Positions 17,401 through 25,551 of a DNA stretch of 31,627 nucleotides are shown here, piece after piece. Location: IMG/VR virus record IMGVR_UViG_3300031260_000082, positions 1 to 31,627 of that record; one strand, given 5' to 3'. Position 1 is the first letter of the stretch, and the number at the start of each line of letters is the position of its first letter. The position numbers and the translations under genes are program-made. The notes under the pieces are model-generated. The model searched no databases. It had not been told where the DNA came from and was given only the letters and a program-made list of their open reading frames with translations. The stretch is from a virus (lineage: Duplodnaviria; Caudoviricetes).

Positions 17401-17742
17401 ATCAAGCGTTTTAGCAGAGTCGAGAAAATACTTCTCAGCCGCAGACCCAGAAGGAGAAACTGCGGCCAGAGCCTCGTTAGCAGCCTCTCCTGCTCCAAGC
17501 AATACCCTTCCTGGTGCACCAAGAAGGTCAAGCGAAGCATCTCGAAAAGCTTCCCACGGAGTTTTCTTCGTATCCTCAACAAAAACTCCGTACAGGCGAT
17601 TATAGTATTCTTGCGCCTTATCTGGATTTTCCTTCATCACAACAGGCAAGACGTTGTTTGTATAGTATTGGTCAAACCAATTTTTCCTGTCTTGTTCGTT
17701 GAGCTTCTTGAAGTCTTCATTGTACTTCAGATGTTCGAACAT
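11365..17742 (-). CDS. 2125-aa internal virion / large polyvalent protein with zincin metallopeptidase motif
   Basis: Last gene of the virion operon; LFHEVGHW plus downstream ELYA; C-terminal FFDY...IIPFVSYTYK region resembles large polyvalent protein tails; SD AGGTGAGG. Confidence 0.7.
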   Translation of the reverse strand: MFEHLKYNEDFKKLNEQDRKNWFDQYYTNNVLPVVMKENPDKAQEYYNRLYGVFVEDTKKTPWEAFRDASLDLLGAPGRVLLGAGEAANEALAAVSPSGSAAEKYFLDSAKTLDELQKRLVADADMADLHETVVSGLGINYFMGRTLFAYSHFTSPGVQAVTKAPFTKALFTKPVYTPMQAALAETAGRITAFTGSIGDLAVTSVMDSYVSPYVDNKDWSPSTKEAAKIAAFFTLGFASGFGPEQFLDKALNNPTYHNILENAAERAVKGFEDIPESFWDALTPQEKITVALEKTGVFNKIAADVNDPLFTEKTKTIVEDLLQKPERDFEEGKELVRQHLQEEGLMQKVAEMSEEEFEEFLALKKEYENLSAEDAAFEAKLNRQLEEEEELLKQEEEQALAKLEADAQKQVEDVEQKPIESKEQKLLEQEEQKLEGEDAPGVDEGTTKSVEERLHQDDQKTILEPEKKEIPEIHNKPEAVVDANLKIHVRFSDDARPSQAQKDLLLSAGYYNRQRKIWVLENNPKSREIIKKVYELAEATQENEVAKIGPMGTRKVVDMPEKILVTQFGAEPTQFLRTGDGQFYYIRFSDNAKPSSAQRAYMKLHKVLWNSQAKGWYGQATENTKRVYEAVKAMAQGILPKDATEEIRNLFFAEQVAKKKVLEVPTAPKEDVLEGLPETADLDFSKVDLPVKEEPKKKITAEKQAPKEKRSKTIAFNSKNHSEVVKLYNAINGTTVKAFRAEPHEVKKLLAAAYNFANPDDYRPLTEAGIKQTLKAIEVLESSLEGTLPVKGVENFQAGITNLVRAKLLTEQSAEVIRRVFDSLPQNNHATIRAIQNASSFYDFIQNAIGISDPLQLFHEVGHWVWWNVLDASHRMKFFETIHSKYKTKEAWSSLWEVRRMFLQNYAKLNKRGQDKLREQLRQVGSLTELYADLFRQYVLTYQLPEKEAQEVIQEGLKHAGVLLDALRKEIPEHLHEFFDRAFLAPRSAAITQDVADDLLDILKESPLYVNADEFANTLKEFVGDEGVIGPINDRLLSYLQEKVNDSSENFLERAFADVYTDVLFFIHGRRTPEEAAFVGQKIIALGNHFTPEGQAETIKKILEYAHNSDFAVTKKQVEDIYKFYKTNYEHVKDLFLLTRNTVLGGSGAGVTRDGIVFDWMQVLSKQAKQEMVEYSDELAHSKDYHQYATPAPNPSNVIARWRWMPQFVSFLLGFDVDDQHGIPVPFTNVRVNWNPKTWAMRGGPLLSAYDMFGPTLRYAAKNAAIKRWQKLDLDTQLMLENKWRKLVKNEAVRAFLPKSGLSEDVYKLTLERFKTENRVKRNFAKLASKLNETLPIEEQRLIGSIISDEPGFSVKQLSPEGKAAYKLIQQLVEETNQLLVNAGIPKELLESRGMEIIPLAFEKELKAMFSGGLEKYAQITKYQQLFTDFLIPQGFVEKWKNSDYKTSALIAAFDAEGIPLEPGAKFIYDPELVGLGIAPVTAKTDLNKHAGFVWKVLEYDPDKMKLVVQRPYTEFEKRALKAETSIVPRLVEFSKNVSKFIARAQLFEKIGSNPSLALDLDSMLKAGIIDEIQYNEYVHQLLTKGWEKVPETTTSLGIKRFGKLSGHFVHPEVMYALKVVTSGPVFNPVLHTAIKSYKNAIGLWKIGKTAYQVTTHGINFLGNNIMCVLDGRNPLAVIKNGVKEVLSKGKYYREAVDEGLLDSNVLSAEVDLVNWLKSVEKTQTKHHTDGFVKNMAEWFRMIGRGTKKALAAPIKAYEFGDQLFKVGVFIQERMAGASTADAMEAANRLFFDYRDVPKGIKFLRDSGIIPFVSYTYKLIPQMISFAKENPHRLMALLFLAESFHNIMLAETFGEDWKEAKKFLQEMAPSWMKRTLYGTGVVGAIPTKVEKNERGVSYVNYLDFSQIFPGGTFLNDGGILGGFPFGINPIVSILYGLSANKDAVLDETIAPFDKKAAGAFGEKLPPELEAENAKARLKFIMRNLLPNLPIYSGAYSYERLGQALVGSGVISKETGNRLGFTGVDYYGTPMTMGDELFRFVTGIKNNRLYFGEEMARRIDKIKYGIKQSKNVFKRRAQDARISSEELQKEAERMQTVTQAHYQELARLQKVAEKARKALSRLEKTH

Positions 17743-17752
17743 ACAGCCTCAC

Positions 17753-17775
17753 CTATGGTTAATTTTTCACCGCAG
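17753..17775. promoter_or_regulatory. 23-bp palindromic repeat, copy 4 (minus strand CTGCGGTGAAAAATTAACCATAG)
   Basis: Contains the TGA stop of the 425-aa gene; runs into the SD of the 2125-aa gene. Confidence 0.75.
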
Positions 17776-19044
17776 TATAACATCCCGCATATACTGAGCT
17801 GTCGTGGCGTTTTTGGAACTATCCTCTCTCGCCATTTCTTTCAAAACTGCAACAAGGTTTCTCATATCTCCAGCAGCACCTGATGCAAAGTCCGAAGCTC
17901 CCTTTCCAAAATTCTCTGCCAAAATAAGCAAAGCATTCGGGCGAAGAACGTACTTTTTCTGCTGCTCAGAATACCTAAAAATATCAGGCATTTTCTTCGC
18001 CAAGTTTTTCTTTTCTTGCTCCGTAAGCGCAGTTTCAAGTGCAGCAATGTTCTGGAAGTTAGGCCCTTTTTGTGTCGGAGAATTGTTGCTCGAACTGTTT
18101 GTAACAGTCTCTTCAACGCCTTGTGTGGGAGGATTGAGCCCAAAAGTTTTTGCATTCTCTATAGCTTTTTGTACACGGGCCTTCTCTTCTACCGAACCCT
18201 GCATAGCTCGCATGAAGGACTGAATAGCGTTGAGGTTCCCAACCATCGTTTCGGCGACTTTCTTGTCTTGTTCTTCCTGTGACATGGTTGGGTTAATAAC
18301 GTTGTTGTCGATTAAGACTTTTCTAACCTCATGCGGCGTCGGTAAAGGAAGTGTTGACCCAACAATAGCAGTCCCCGGGTCATGTCCCATGAGAAGGAAG
18401 TACTGATACATAACCGCTGGAAGGAGGTCTTTTACCTTACCTTTTCCACCAGTCGGCATACCAGGAACACTGCCTCCCTCTTCGTCGTCACTTGAAACTC
18501 CAAAAAGCTCTCCAGGGTCCAGCCCAAAGGAGGAAGCCTTACTAGCAAATCCCTGCTTAATGAGCTGCTCAAGAGTCCCTGAACCCATCATCATAGCAGT
18601 GCCAAGTGAAATACTAGAAGGCTTTCCTTCTTTATCTGTGAATGGAAGGGGCACTTGAATTCCCTGCAAGCTATCAAGCAGTTTCTTGTTCTCCAAATAT
18701 TTTTGTTTCTCAAGCCCAAACTTGGCTCCCTCGAGGTGCAATTGCTTTTCCGCAATTTGCTTTTGGGCCAACCCCAAACCAGCATTCACAAGAGTATTAT
18801 ACCCTTGAAGAATCGCCTGCTGTTGTTGAAGATTAAAGTTCTTATCAAACTGCTCTTGCTGCATTTGCATTTGCCTTTCTCGTTGTCCAAACTCCGCGTT
18901 TGCTTGAGCAGTGTCCATCATGGTAGAACGGTCCTTAGTCAAAATTTCCATGATGGAAATAATCTGTTGTGCTGAAAGTCCAGAAAAATCACTTGGCGTA
19001 AAAACGTTAGCTTTATACGCTGCGGCAAATTCTGGATTAATCAT
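17767..19044 (-). CDS. Putative internal virion (ejection) protein
   Basis: Q-rich coiled-coil segment; lies between the tail genes and the giant protein. Confidence 0.5.
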   Translation of the reverse strand: MINPEFAAAYKANVFTPSDFSGLSAQQIISIMEILTKDRSTMMDTAQANAEFGQRERQMQMQQEQFDKNFNLQQQQAILQGYNTLVNAGLGLAQKQIAEKQLHLEGAKFGLEKQKYLENKKLLDSLQGIQVPLPFTDKEGKPSSISLGTAMMMGSGTLEQLIKQGFASKASSFGLDPGELFGVSSDDEEGGSVPGMPTGGKGKVKDLLPAVMYQYFLLMGHDPGTAIVGSTLPLPTPHEVRKVLIDNNVINPTMSQEEQDKKVAETMVGNLNAIQSFMRAMQGSVEEKARVQKAIENAKTFGLNPPTQGVEETVTNSSSNNSPTQKGPNFQNIAALETALTEQEKKNLAKKMPDIFRYSEQQKKYVLRPNALLILAENFGKGASDFASGAAGDMRNLVAVLKEMAREDSSKNATTAQYMRDVILR

Positions 19045-19481
19045 TTCAGAACTCCTAACTGGCTAAGCATTCCTGCCATAGTTTGCGAAAATTGGTTGAG
19101 AAACTCTCCAACCATCGGAGAGGGAGAGGGAGAAGTTTGCACCTGAGATTGTGAAAGTGAAGGAAGAGCCTGCTGTTGATTTTCGTTCAAACTTCCCAGC
19201 TCTTTTCCAGGACCTGTTACTTTAAAAACTGTCCCATTCTTTCCTTCAGTCATCGTAGCCGATGAAACATTACCTTTGGCGAGAGCATCCAGTATCGCGG
19301 ACCAACGCTGGTCTTGTTTAGCTGCAACTTTACCCGCTTGTTGACTCTCAATCGAATCAACAGTCGCACGCCCAATAATACCACCGGCGCCTTCTGGGTC
19401 AAACCCTGTTCCGAGTTGTGCCAAGAAACGCATAAAACCAGGGTCGTTAAACATTCCCGTCAATCCATCTTTACCAAACAT
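19041..19481 (-). CDS. Putative small internal virion protein
   Basis: GGAGG SD, G/A/Q-rich, position within the ejection-protein block. Confidence 0.45.
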   Translation of the reverse strand: MFGKDGLTGMFNDPGFMRFLAQLGTGFDPEGAGGIIGRATVDSIESQQAGKVAAKQDQRWSAILDALAKGNVSSATMTEGKNGTVFKVTGPGKELGSLNENQQQALPSLSQSQVQTSPSPSPMVGEFLNQFSQTMAGMLSQLGVLK

Positions 19482-19493
19482 ACTACACCTCCA

Positions 19494-20636
19494 TTACAAC
19501 AAAGAAGCTCCAACACCAAGAACACCGCCAATGAGAGCCCCGACTGGACCGCCAACGGCTGTTCCGCTAGCCATCATAGCTCCTGCTGCCGCACCACTCA
19601 ACGCGCCACCGAGAGCGGATTGAAACCTGCTTGGAACTTTCCCGCTCATAGCCGTACCGCCACCAATAGCCGCAAGCATGTTTGCAATGTGTTGATAGTT
19701 TTCAATATTCCACCTATAGCGCTTCTCCATATAATCTTGGCGAAGTGTAGACTGCTCAAACCCTGCAACCACACGCAAACGGCCAACCTCAATATTTTTT
19801 CCAAGCAAAGCATCAACATTTCCATCAAGGTGCATAAGAACACTCTCGCGCAGCTTCAAAAGTTCTGCATTAAGCGTCTTCAAAGCGAGAGATACTTTAG
19901 TGGTATTATCATCAATATTCCCACTGGAACTTGTGGCTGTTTGAATAATGCTCGAGGAAATCTCAAAAACTTTCATCAACCTCTCGATGTTGGCTTTCCC
20001 AATATCCGCAGTCAAAGTGCTATGAGTTTTAGCCAAATCAACTTGCATTGCTTTTACGCTTTCAAGAAGCTTGTGCCTCCACTCAGCAGCTTTCGCTGCG
20101 TAGACCCCATGTAGTATCGACAAACCGACAATGAATGTTGATGATTGAACTGCATTGATGTCTCGCATCCCCGCGAGAAAACTTGGTTTGATGGACGTTT
20201 CGAACTCAACTTCATCATGCAAATTAGGAGTCATTTGAAGAGTATTTGCATGGTCTCGGAGCTCCTCATAAACGTCCAAAAGTTGACTTGGAACAGGAAT
20301 GTCATATTCCTGGCCTAAATGACTCAAAAGCCAGCAAAGAAGAGTAAGAACCTGCCCATAATTCCCTGGTTGATGCAACGAAAAATCAACCCCAAAATCA
20401 AACGGAATATTCCAAGCTTCTAGCCGACGTGCGACAATATAGTTTGTATACTTATCTAAAATCACTGGCCCATCCACTTCCACCGGTGCGATGCCCGGAA
20501 CTGGCGCGTCTTCATAGGGATTTGGAATGGGAAGCATCCAGTGCATTTCCTCCAAAACATCCCTATGAAAATCCTTCATATACGCAGGATAATCAATCTT
20601 TCCGCTAGAGCTACCGCCACCAGAAGAACCGCCCAT
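19494..20636 (-). CDS. Putative ejection/pilot protein with C-terminal glycine zipper
   Basis: MGGSSGGGSSSG N-terminus; ALGGALSGAAAGA...GGPVGALIGGVLGVG hydrophobic GxxxG tail. Confidence 0.55.
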   Translation of the reverse strand: MGGSSGGGSSSGKIDYPAYMKDFHRDVLEEMHWMLPIPNPYEDAPVPGIAPVEVDGPVILDKYTNYIVARRLEAWNIPFDFGVDFSLHQPGNYGQVLTLLCWLLSHLGQEYDIPVPSQLLDVYEELRDHANTLQMTPNLHDEVEFETSIKPSFLAGMRDINAVQSSTFIVGLSILHGVYAAKAAEWRHKLLESVKAMQVDLAKTHSTLTADIGKANIERLMKVFEISSSIIQTATSSSGNIDDNTTKVSLALKTLNAELLKLRESVLMHLDGNVDALLGKNIEVGRLRVVAGFEQSTLRQDYMEKRYRWNIENYQHIANMLAAIGGGTAMSGKVPSRFQSALGGALSGAAAGAMMASGTAVGGPVGALIGGVLGVGASLL

Positions 20637-20646
20637 AAGAGCCCTC

Positions 20647-21093
20647 CTACTTTATCGGAATAACTGCAACACGCTGCGAAGTGTCTGCTTTCAATCTTTC
20701 AGCAATCTTCAATAAGCGAGCGTTGCTAGTATATCCAATAATATTTGCACACCCTTTGCTTTTTGCGAACTTCACCAACGTCAACAAACCACTGGCCCAT
20801 TTTTTATCATCAAACAAATCATCCACGCCAACCAAAGAGTAAATAAGCAAATTCTTAATCCCGACAACACTGTTTTCTAGAATTTGCGTTAGAACAATCG
20901 CCTGAATATGCCAACCTTTAGAGTCTGCTTCTGCTTCGGCCCAACACTGCATATCCCCACAGAGAATACCATTGAGGATGTTGTTATACTTATCCTCAGT
21001 CGCTTGATATTCCAAGGGACCGGCGTCTACCACATAAGCAGAAATAAAATCCCAATTACTGCTCACTTGTTCTGGTGTTAGTAGAATCAACAT
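20647..21093 (-). CDS. Putative GNAT-like virion assembly protein
   Basis: 148 aa between the nozzle and ejection genes (the slot of T7 gp13 / P22 gp14); FAKSKGCANIIG resembles a GNAT C-terminal motif. Confidence 0.45.
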   Translation of the reverse strand: MLILLTPEQVSSNWDFISAYVVDAGPLEYQATEDKYNNILNGILCGDMQCWAEAEADSKGWHIQAIVLTQILENSVVGIKNLLIYSLVGVDDLFDDKKWASGLLTLVKFAKSKGCANIIGYTSNARLLKIAERLKADTSQRVAVIPIK

Positions 21094-22399
21094 CCACTTG
21101 CCCCCTGAAGTTTCGTTTATCCGAGATTTGGTATTTGACTATTATTGAATCAATTCTCGCGCGTTGCGACCGAGACCCAAGAATAAGTTTAAAATCATAC
21201 GCCGTCACTGGAAATCGAACAACACCAACACTATTCACACGCCTCCAAACAGTTCTTCTGTACGAATGCGAGATATTAGTTCTCCAATCCAAAGCAGCAT
21301 AAACGGGCTCATCAAAACTTCCTTCAATCTCAACAGAAGTTAAAGTTTTCAACCCACCAAAACCAAAGTCAAAGGAAGAAGTCTCTAAATAAAAACCTGG
21401 TTGTTCTAACTGCTTTGAAAGTCCCAGAATGGTTCCAGCGTCGTTCCAAAGACTAGAAAATCCCTGCCAATGTCGCGACAAACCTTCTTCAGAAAACCTG
21501 TAACATACATCTTCGTTAGAGAAATAAACTGCTTGTTCTTGTGGGTTGTATGTTCCAACAATATCGGTTCCCAACATAGGTTCGAAGAACTTCCTATAAC
21601 CAAGCCTTTTAGGAGCTTGCTCATACTGCAAAACCCACAAATAACCGGTCGAATCAATCAAAAACAAATCATTCAAACTTCCAGCAACTGCACTGCGGGA
21701 AGCTATTCCTGGGATGCTATCGTAAACAACCTTACCGAAACCAGGTACAGGCGAGGCTACTGGATGATACACGCAAACACCCGTTGTTCCACCAACAAAA
21801 ACGCCTGCTGCACGATTTTTGACACAAAGAACTTCACCAACCCCAGCGAAATCGTAGCCAGATGTATTGCTCTTGTCAAGCGTGAAATCCGCGCTTCCGG
21901 GTTTACTCCACCCAACAAAATCCATACTGGCGCTTTCCCAAGGAACGGAAAACCCTCCAACAAACAACTGTCCTCTAAAATTACAGCACGTAACAAAACG
22001 CGGAAGGTTAGAAGGATTTTGCCGCAAAATGCCTTCTTGGTAACTAACTACCGAAACCCCGTTTGAAAATACTGCATACTCTCCAAAATCCGCAACGTGC
22101 CAAGAACTTCCGCTGAAAACGTTCAGAAAGTCTCGAACAGTATAATCTTTGTTGAAAGTATAAACAGCATCTCGTAACAACAGAAAGCAATTTCTCCCAT
22201 ACCAAAAAAGTGGAACCTTCTCTACTTCTTGGTCATAAAACATGTTGAAGGGCGGAAAAACGATTGGCTTGGTAGAAATCAACGCTCCTGCGTTGCTTGG
22301 CCTCAAGCCTAAACAATCACACAACGAAAACGGTGCTGGAGAGTCTGTGTTGTATAGCCCTCTAGTAACTTCTTGAAGCCTTACAGAAAACTCTCTCAT
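21056..22399 (-). CDS. Putative tail nozzle / head-stabilisation protein (beta-propeller-like)
   Basis: Beta-rich; FRGQLFVGG...VGWSKPG; follows the adaptor gene. Confidence 0.55.
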   Translation of the reverse strand: MREFSVRLQEVTRGLYNTDSPAPFSLCDCLGLRPSNAGALISTKPIVFPPFNMFYDQEVEKVPLFWYGRNCFLLLRDAVYTFNKDYTVRDFLNVFSGSSWHVADFGEYAVFSNGVSVVSYQEGILRQNPSNLPRFVTCCNFRGQLFVGGFSVPWESASMDFVGWSKPGSADFTLDKSNTSGYDFAGVGEVLCVKNRAAGVFVGGTTGVCVYHPVASPVPGFGKVVYDSIPGIASRSAVAGSLNDLFLIDSTGYLWVLQYEQAPKRLGYRKFFEPMLGTDIVGTYNPQEQAVYFSNEDVCYRFSEEGLSRHWQGFSSLWNDAGTILGLSKQLEQPGFYLETSSFDFGFGGLKTLTSVEIEGSFDEPVYAALDWRTNISHSYRRTVWRRVNSVGVVRFPVTAYDFKLILGSRSQRARIDSIIVKYQISDKRNFRGQVDVDSTNTRTSEQ

Positions 22400-22403
22400 A
22401 ACA

Positions 22404-23126
22404 TCACCCGAGCATTCTAGTTACATCGTGTGCTTCGTCCTGAACCATATCCATTTCAAGTTGTACAAGACTGGCATTCAGCGCGTATTCCCAGTCTTTT
22501 GCTCCTTGGGTATTTCGAGTGGAAATTTCCAACTCACGAAGAGTTGCATAAAGTAAAAGATTGCTCCAAGTATCAGTCCATACGTTAGAATCTTCATCAT
22601 CTTCTAAGGTAGGACTACGAAAAAGCCCCGTTACTTCAACACGCAGTTCTTGTGGGCTTGTCCAAATAGGAACCAACAAAACACCGCAGTCGGCATAGTT
22701 TTGTCCTATAATACTCGCGTCAGTCTCTTCGAGTTTGTCAAAGAAATCTGCCATCAAAGGGGATTGAAGCTGACCAATGTGTCTGAATAGAACGTAAAAT
22801 AACGGAGCCGAATAATCAATGCCTTCTTTTATATATTGCCTTGCGTGATGTATAGGTACGCGAACAAGGTTTCTAAACACAGAATCTTCTGGACTTTTAA
22901 CTGCCACATTCTCAACAACGCGAACCTGCTGAAGCATGAAAGAAGAAGTGTTCTGAAGAACATAGTTTTTCACCGCACGAGCCTTGTCCCAATGAATAAC
23001 ACTTTCGAGATATTTTTGACCTGCCCGAATAAAGAAATCAATTCCATTGTTAGAATAGTCTTCATTTATCAGGTCATACCTTCCAGAGATTTCACTAACT
23101 AACCGCCGGAACTCTCTCAACACCAT
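22404..23126 (-). CDS. Putative head-tail adaptor (tail tubular A-like)
   Basis: Directly after the capsid gene; FFIRAGQ and SNVWT..WSNLLLYATL resemble podoviral adaptors. Confidence 0.6.
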   Translation of the reverse strand: MVLREFRRLVSEISGRYDLINEDYSNNGIDFFIRAGQKYLESVIHWDKARAVKNYVLQNTSSFMLQQVRVVENVAVKSPEDSVFRNLVRVPIHHARQYIKEGIDYSAPLFYVLFRHIGQLQSPLMADFFDKLEETDASIIGQNYADCGVLLVPIWTSPQELRVEVTGLFRSPTLEDDEDSNVWTDTWSNLLLYATLRELEISTRNTQGAKDWEYALNASLVQLEMDMVQDEAHDVTRMLG

Positions 23127-23135
23127 GTTGTGCTC

Positions 23136-23158
23136 CTGTGGTCAATTTTTAACCATAG
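23136..23158. promoter_or_regulatory. 23-bp palindromic repeat, copy 5 (minus strand CTATGGTTAAAAATTGACCACAG)
   Basis: Lies between the post-capsid hairpin and the AGGAG SD of the adaptor gene. Confidence 0.8.
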
Positions 23159-23179
23159 TGCCCAGCCGAAGCTGGGCAC
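23158..23179 (-). terminator. cUUCGg tetraloop hairpin after the major capsid gene (no U-tract)
   Basis: Minus strand GTGCCCAGC-TTCG-GCTGGGCAC, perfect 9-bp stem, 7 nt after the stop. Confidence 0.7.
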
Positions 23180-23186
23180 CTGGTTA

Positions 23187-24494
23187 TTACGGATTAAGAC
23201 CAACTCCTGTGAGAATGCCCCAACCAATCGGGTGATGGTACTCAAGCCCTGCTTCGGTCAGGAACTCTTCTTTCGTTCCGTCAATGCGATTAGGTCCAGT
23301 GTTTTGCTTCTCGCCATCAGGATAGAAGGTCGTATCATCAATGTATCGGTAACGCAAGTTCGCCGGCTCAAAGATGACCATGGTATGCCGGTTGGACGGC
23401 TCGAACGAGAACAACGGATGCACAATGCAATTGATGCGACCAAAAGCAGTCACCCATTCAGTCACCTGAATGCCGTAATCTTTGGTCGAAACGGAGATGT
23501 TGTACGTTCCACGAGACTTCACCAACCGATTGATAGCCAACAGAGCACCACTACCACATAAAGCCAGTTTTTCCTTATCACCGTAGCGGAACAACTGCTC
23601 AAGCATGGCGTCAAGGAAAATCTCCCCTGGCTGTTCAGCGTTGGTGTCCACAATCCAATTTGCACTGCTCAGATTGGCGGTTGACCATGTGCGGAAGTCT
23701 TGCACATTCTGTGGAGCAGCTTGGCGGATGGTCTGAATGAGCCCATGCGTCGTGCGTTCAGGTTTACCGTTCGAACCGATGTTTTCAGAACGAACTCCCC
23801 ACAAGAAAGCCTTCTCCATCTCGATGGAGTGCCGCTCAAGAGCCTCTCGTTTGGCCTCCTTATACGCATCCCCAGTCCGCAACCGCGTGCGCTTAGCGGT
23901 ACGCGTGATTTCCAGAGGAGTTCTGAAAATCTGCGTGAAGTTGCTCCACTTCACAGGGTTGTACGAAATCGCATCAGGCATCCCGGCACCTTCGGCGTTG
24001 ATATTACCAACAACCAACGCGCGAGTAGCGTCAGAAATATCAAAACCAGAAGTATTATCATTCTCTAACAAACGCGCCTGGATGTAGGAACTTGCTCCGT
24101 TGAGTGTTCGGCCAAGCACCTTGCAGTTTTTGTCCACCGAGATGCTGTCGCTTGCGCGAAGAAGTACCTGATGCCCGACGCGGAACTCTTTTGCATCATC
24201 CTCGCTCATGCGAACATACAGAATATCCCCGGCGACTCCACCGCCTGTGTATGCCGAAGTAAGGCCCGCATCAGTGAAAATCCCCGTAATAGCCCCAGCC
24301 TGTTGAGAGAGAATCTTAGTGTACCAGTTGAACTCTGGGTCATCGGTTTTCTCACTCTTCAACTTGGACAAAATGGCAGTGAGCGGCGCACTTCCGTTCG
24401 GGTAGAGATAAAGAATCATCTCCCGCCAGTTTTTCGGCCGCTGACCATCAACCGTAAAATCACCCGTTCCCCGCATTCCAAGAAAACCTGCCAT
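23187..24494 (-). CDS. Major capsid protein (SU10/DUF5309-like, HK97 fold)
   Basis: AEG...P, NFTQIFRT..EIT.T, EMEKAFLWG, WVTAFGRI..HP, EAGLE; follows the scaffold gene; SD AAGGAGG. Confidence 0.85.
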   Translation of the reverse strand: MAGFLGMRGTGDFTVDGQRPKNWREMILYLYPNGSAPLTAILSKLKSEKTDDPEFNWYTKILSQQAGAITGIFTDAGLTSAYTGGGVAGDILYVRMSEDDAKEFRVGHQVLLRASDSISVDKNCKVLGRTLNGASSYIQARLLENDNTSGFDISDATRALVVGNINAEGAGMPDAISYNPVKWSNFTQIFRTPLEITRTAKRTRLRTGDAYKEAKREALERHSIEMEKAFLWGVRSENIGSNGKPERTTHGLIQTIRQAAPQNVQDFRTWSTANLSSANWIVDTNAEQPGEIFLDAMLEQLFRYGDKEKLALCGSGALLAINRLVKSRGTYNISVSTKDYGIQVTEWVTAFGRINCIVHPLFSFEPSNRHTMVIFEPANLRYRYIDDTTFYPDGEKQNTGPNRIDGTKEEFLTEAGLEYHHPIGWGILTGVGLNP

Positions 24495-24506
24495 ACAAAC
24501 CTCCTT

Positions 24507-25262
24507 TTACTCCAAATTCATCAATTCTTCAAGCTCACGCTCGAGTCGAGTTTTCGCTTCAGGTTGAACTCCACGCTTTGCGGGGCCTGCAAACGCGGGT
24601 TTTTTAGGAGAAACACTCCCCACTTTCTGCTTTAAACCCAACGAGGCGTAAGCTCGTTTAGCAGACTCTTCGAGCACCTGGTCAAGTGTCCAACCAGGAT
24701 TTTCGCTCGCGACAACAGAAACTACCTTTGCCACAAAAGGCCGAACGGCCGAAAGTTGAGGATGTTTTTGATAGAATGCTTCTGCTGTTTGTTTAGCCTC
24801 CAGTTGTTCTTGGGTAAGTTTAGAAACCGTCGAAGGAAGTTTCCTCAACAAACGTTCTTCAGTTGTCGCTACAACCTTCTTAGCAAAACTGCTGAGGAAC
24901 TTCTTGAAGGACTCTTCGCTTTCTACAATCTCCTCGAACTTAAAGCCTTCAAAAAGAGATTCATCAGAAACATCTATGGGCTCTTCTGTAGGCTGCTCCT
25001 GTTCAGGTTTTACATGCTGAGAAAGCTCACCGACACGCCGGAGCAAAAGTTCGTTCTGTTTCCGAAGAGCAGTAAGCTCGTCCTCCTCTTCTTCAGACGT
25101 TTTGGGCACTTCAGAAGTTTCTTCTTGTGAAGACTCTTCATGCTGGCTCTCAGGCTGCTCTTCAACTGGAGTTTCTTCAGAAACTTCTTCCTCCTCACTG
25201 GGAGTCGGTTCCTCAAGCATTTCCTGCAATTCGTCCAAAACTTCCCGATTCTCATTAGTCAT
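24507..25262 (-). CDS. Capsid scaffolding protein
   Basis: Very acidic N-terminus and coiled coil; lies between portal and capsid. Confidence 0.7.
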   Translation of the reverse strand: MTNENREVLDELQEMLEEPTPSEEEEVSEETPVEEQPESQHEESSQEETSEVPKTSEEEEDELTALRKQNELLLRRVGELSQHVKPEQEQPTEEPIDVSDESLFEGFKFEEIVESEESFKKFLSSFAKKVVATTEERLLRKLPSTVSKLTQEQLEAKQTAEAFYQKHPQLSAVRPFVAKVVSVVASENPGWTLDQVLEESAKRAYASLGLKQKVGSVSPKKPAFAGPAKRGVQPEAKTRLERELEELMNLE

Positions 25263-25551
25263 GCAAAACCTCCTTTTCAGACTGTTCTTGTTCCTCTAAG
25301 ATTTGAAGAATCACGTGTGGGATGAGCCTAAAACGCGCAAAGGCTTGAAGGTTGCCTCTGAGCATCTCATCATACAACACGCGTTCTTCTTTACCCATAG
25401 CCATCTTTCCCGTGCTCAAATCAAACGTAGGCTCGGCTAGTTCTTGCATTACCCTAGCTTCCCACGTTGAAAGTTCTTGAAGAATGTCTTGCCAAATGGA
25501 AGATTTCAAAAACTCTTCAAACGCATGTTTAGAGCTGAGGAACTTGTCCAT
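25255..25551 (-). CDS. Small hypothetical protein downstream of portal
   Basis: GGAGG SD then ATG at 25551 (MDKFLSS...); overlaps the portal and scaffold gene ends. Confidence 0.65.
   Translation of the reverse strand: MDKFLSSKHAFEEFLKSSIWQDILQELSTWEARVMQELAEPTFDLSTGKMAMGKEERVLYDEMLRGNLQAFARFRLIPHVILQILEEQEQSEKEVLHD

Noticed and set aside
11365-17742. Giant ORF as an N4-type virion RNA polymerase or a tape measure protein
   Set aside because: No RNA polymerase catalytic motifs or tape-measure periodicity were recognised, and there are no long-tail tube genes.
19314-20114. 266-aa + strand ORF and other antisense ORFs (e.g. 11218-11712, 21470-22066, 29329-29910)
   Set aside because: They overlap well-supported genes on the other strand and lack SD sequences or protein motifs.
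22964-22978. Possible seventh palindrome copy (minus strand GTGCGGTGAAAAACT)
   Set aside because: Only one half-site matches and it lies inside the adaptor CDS.
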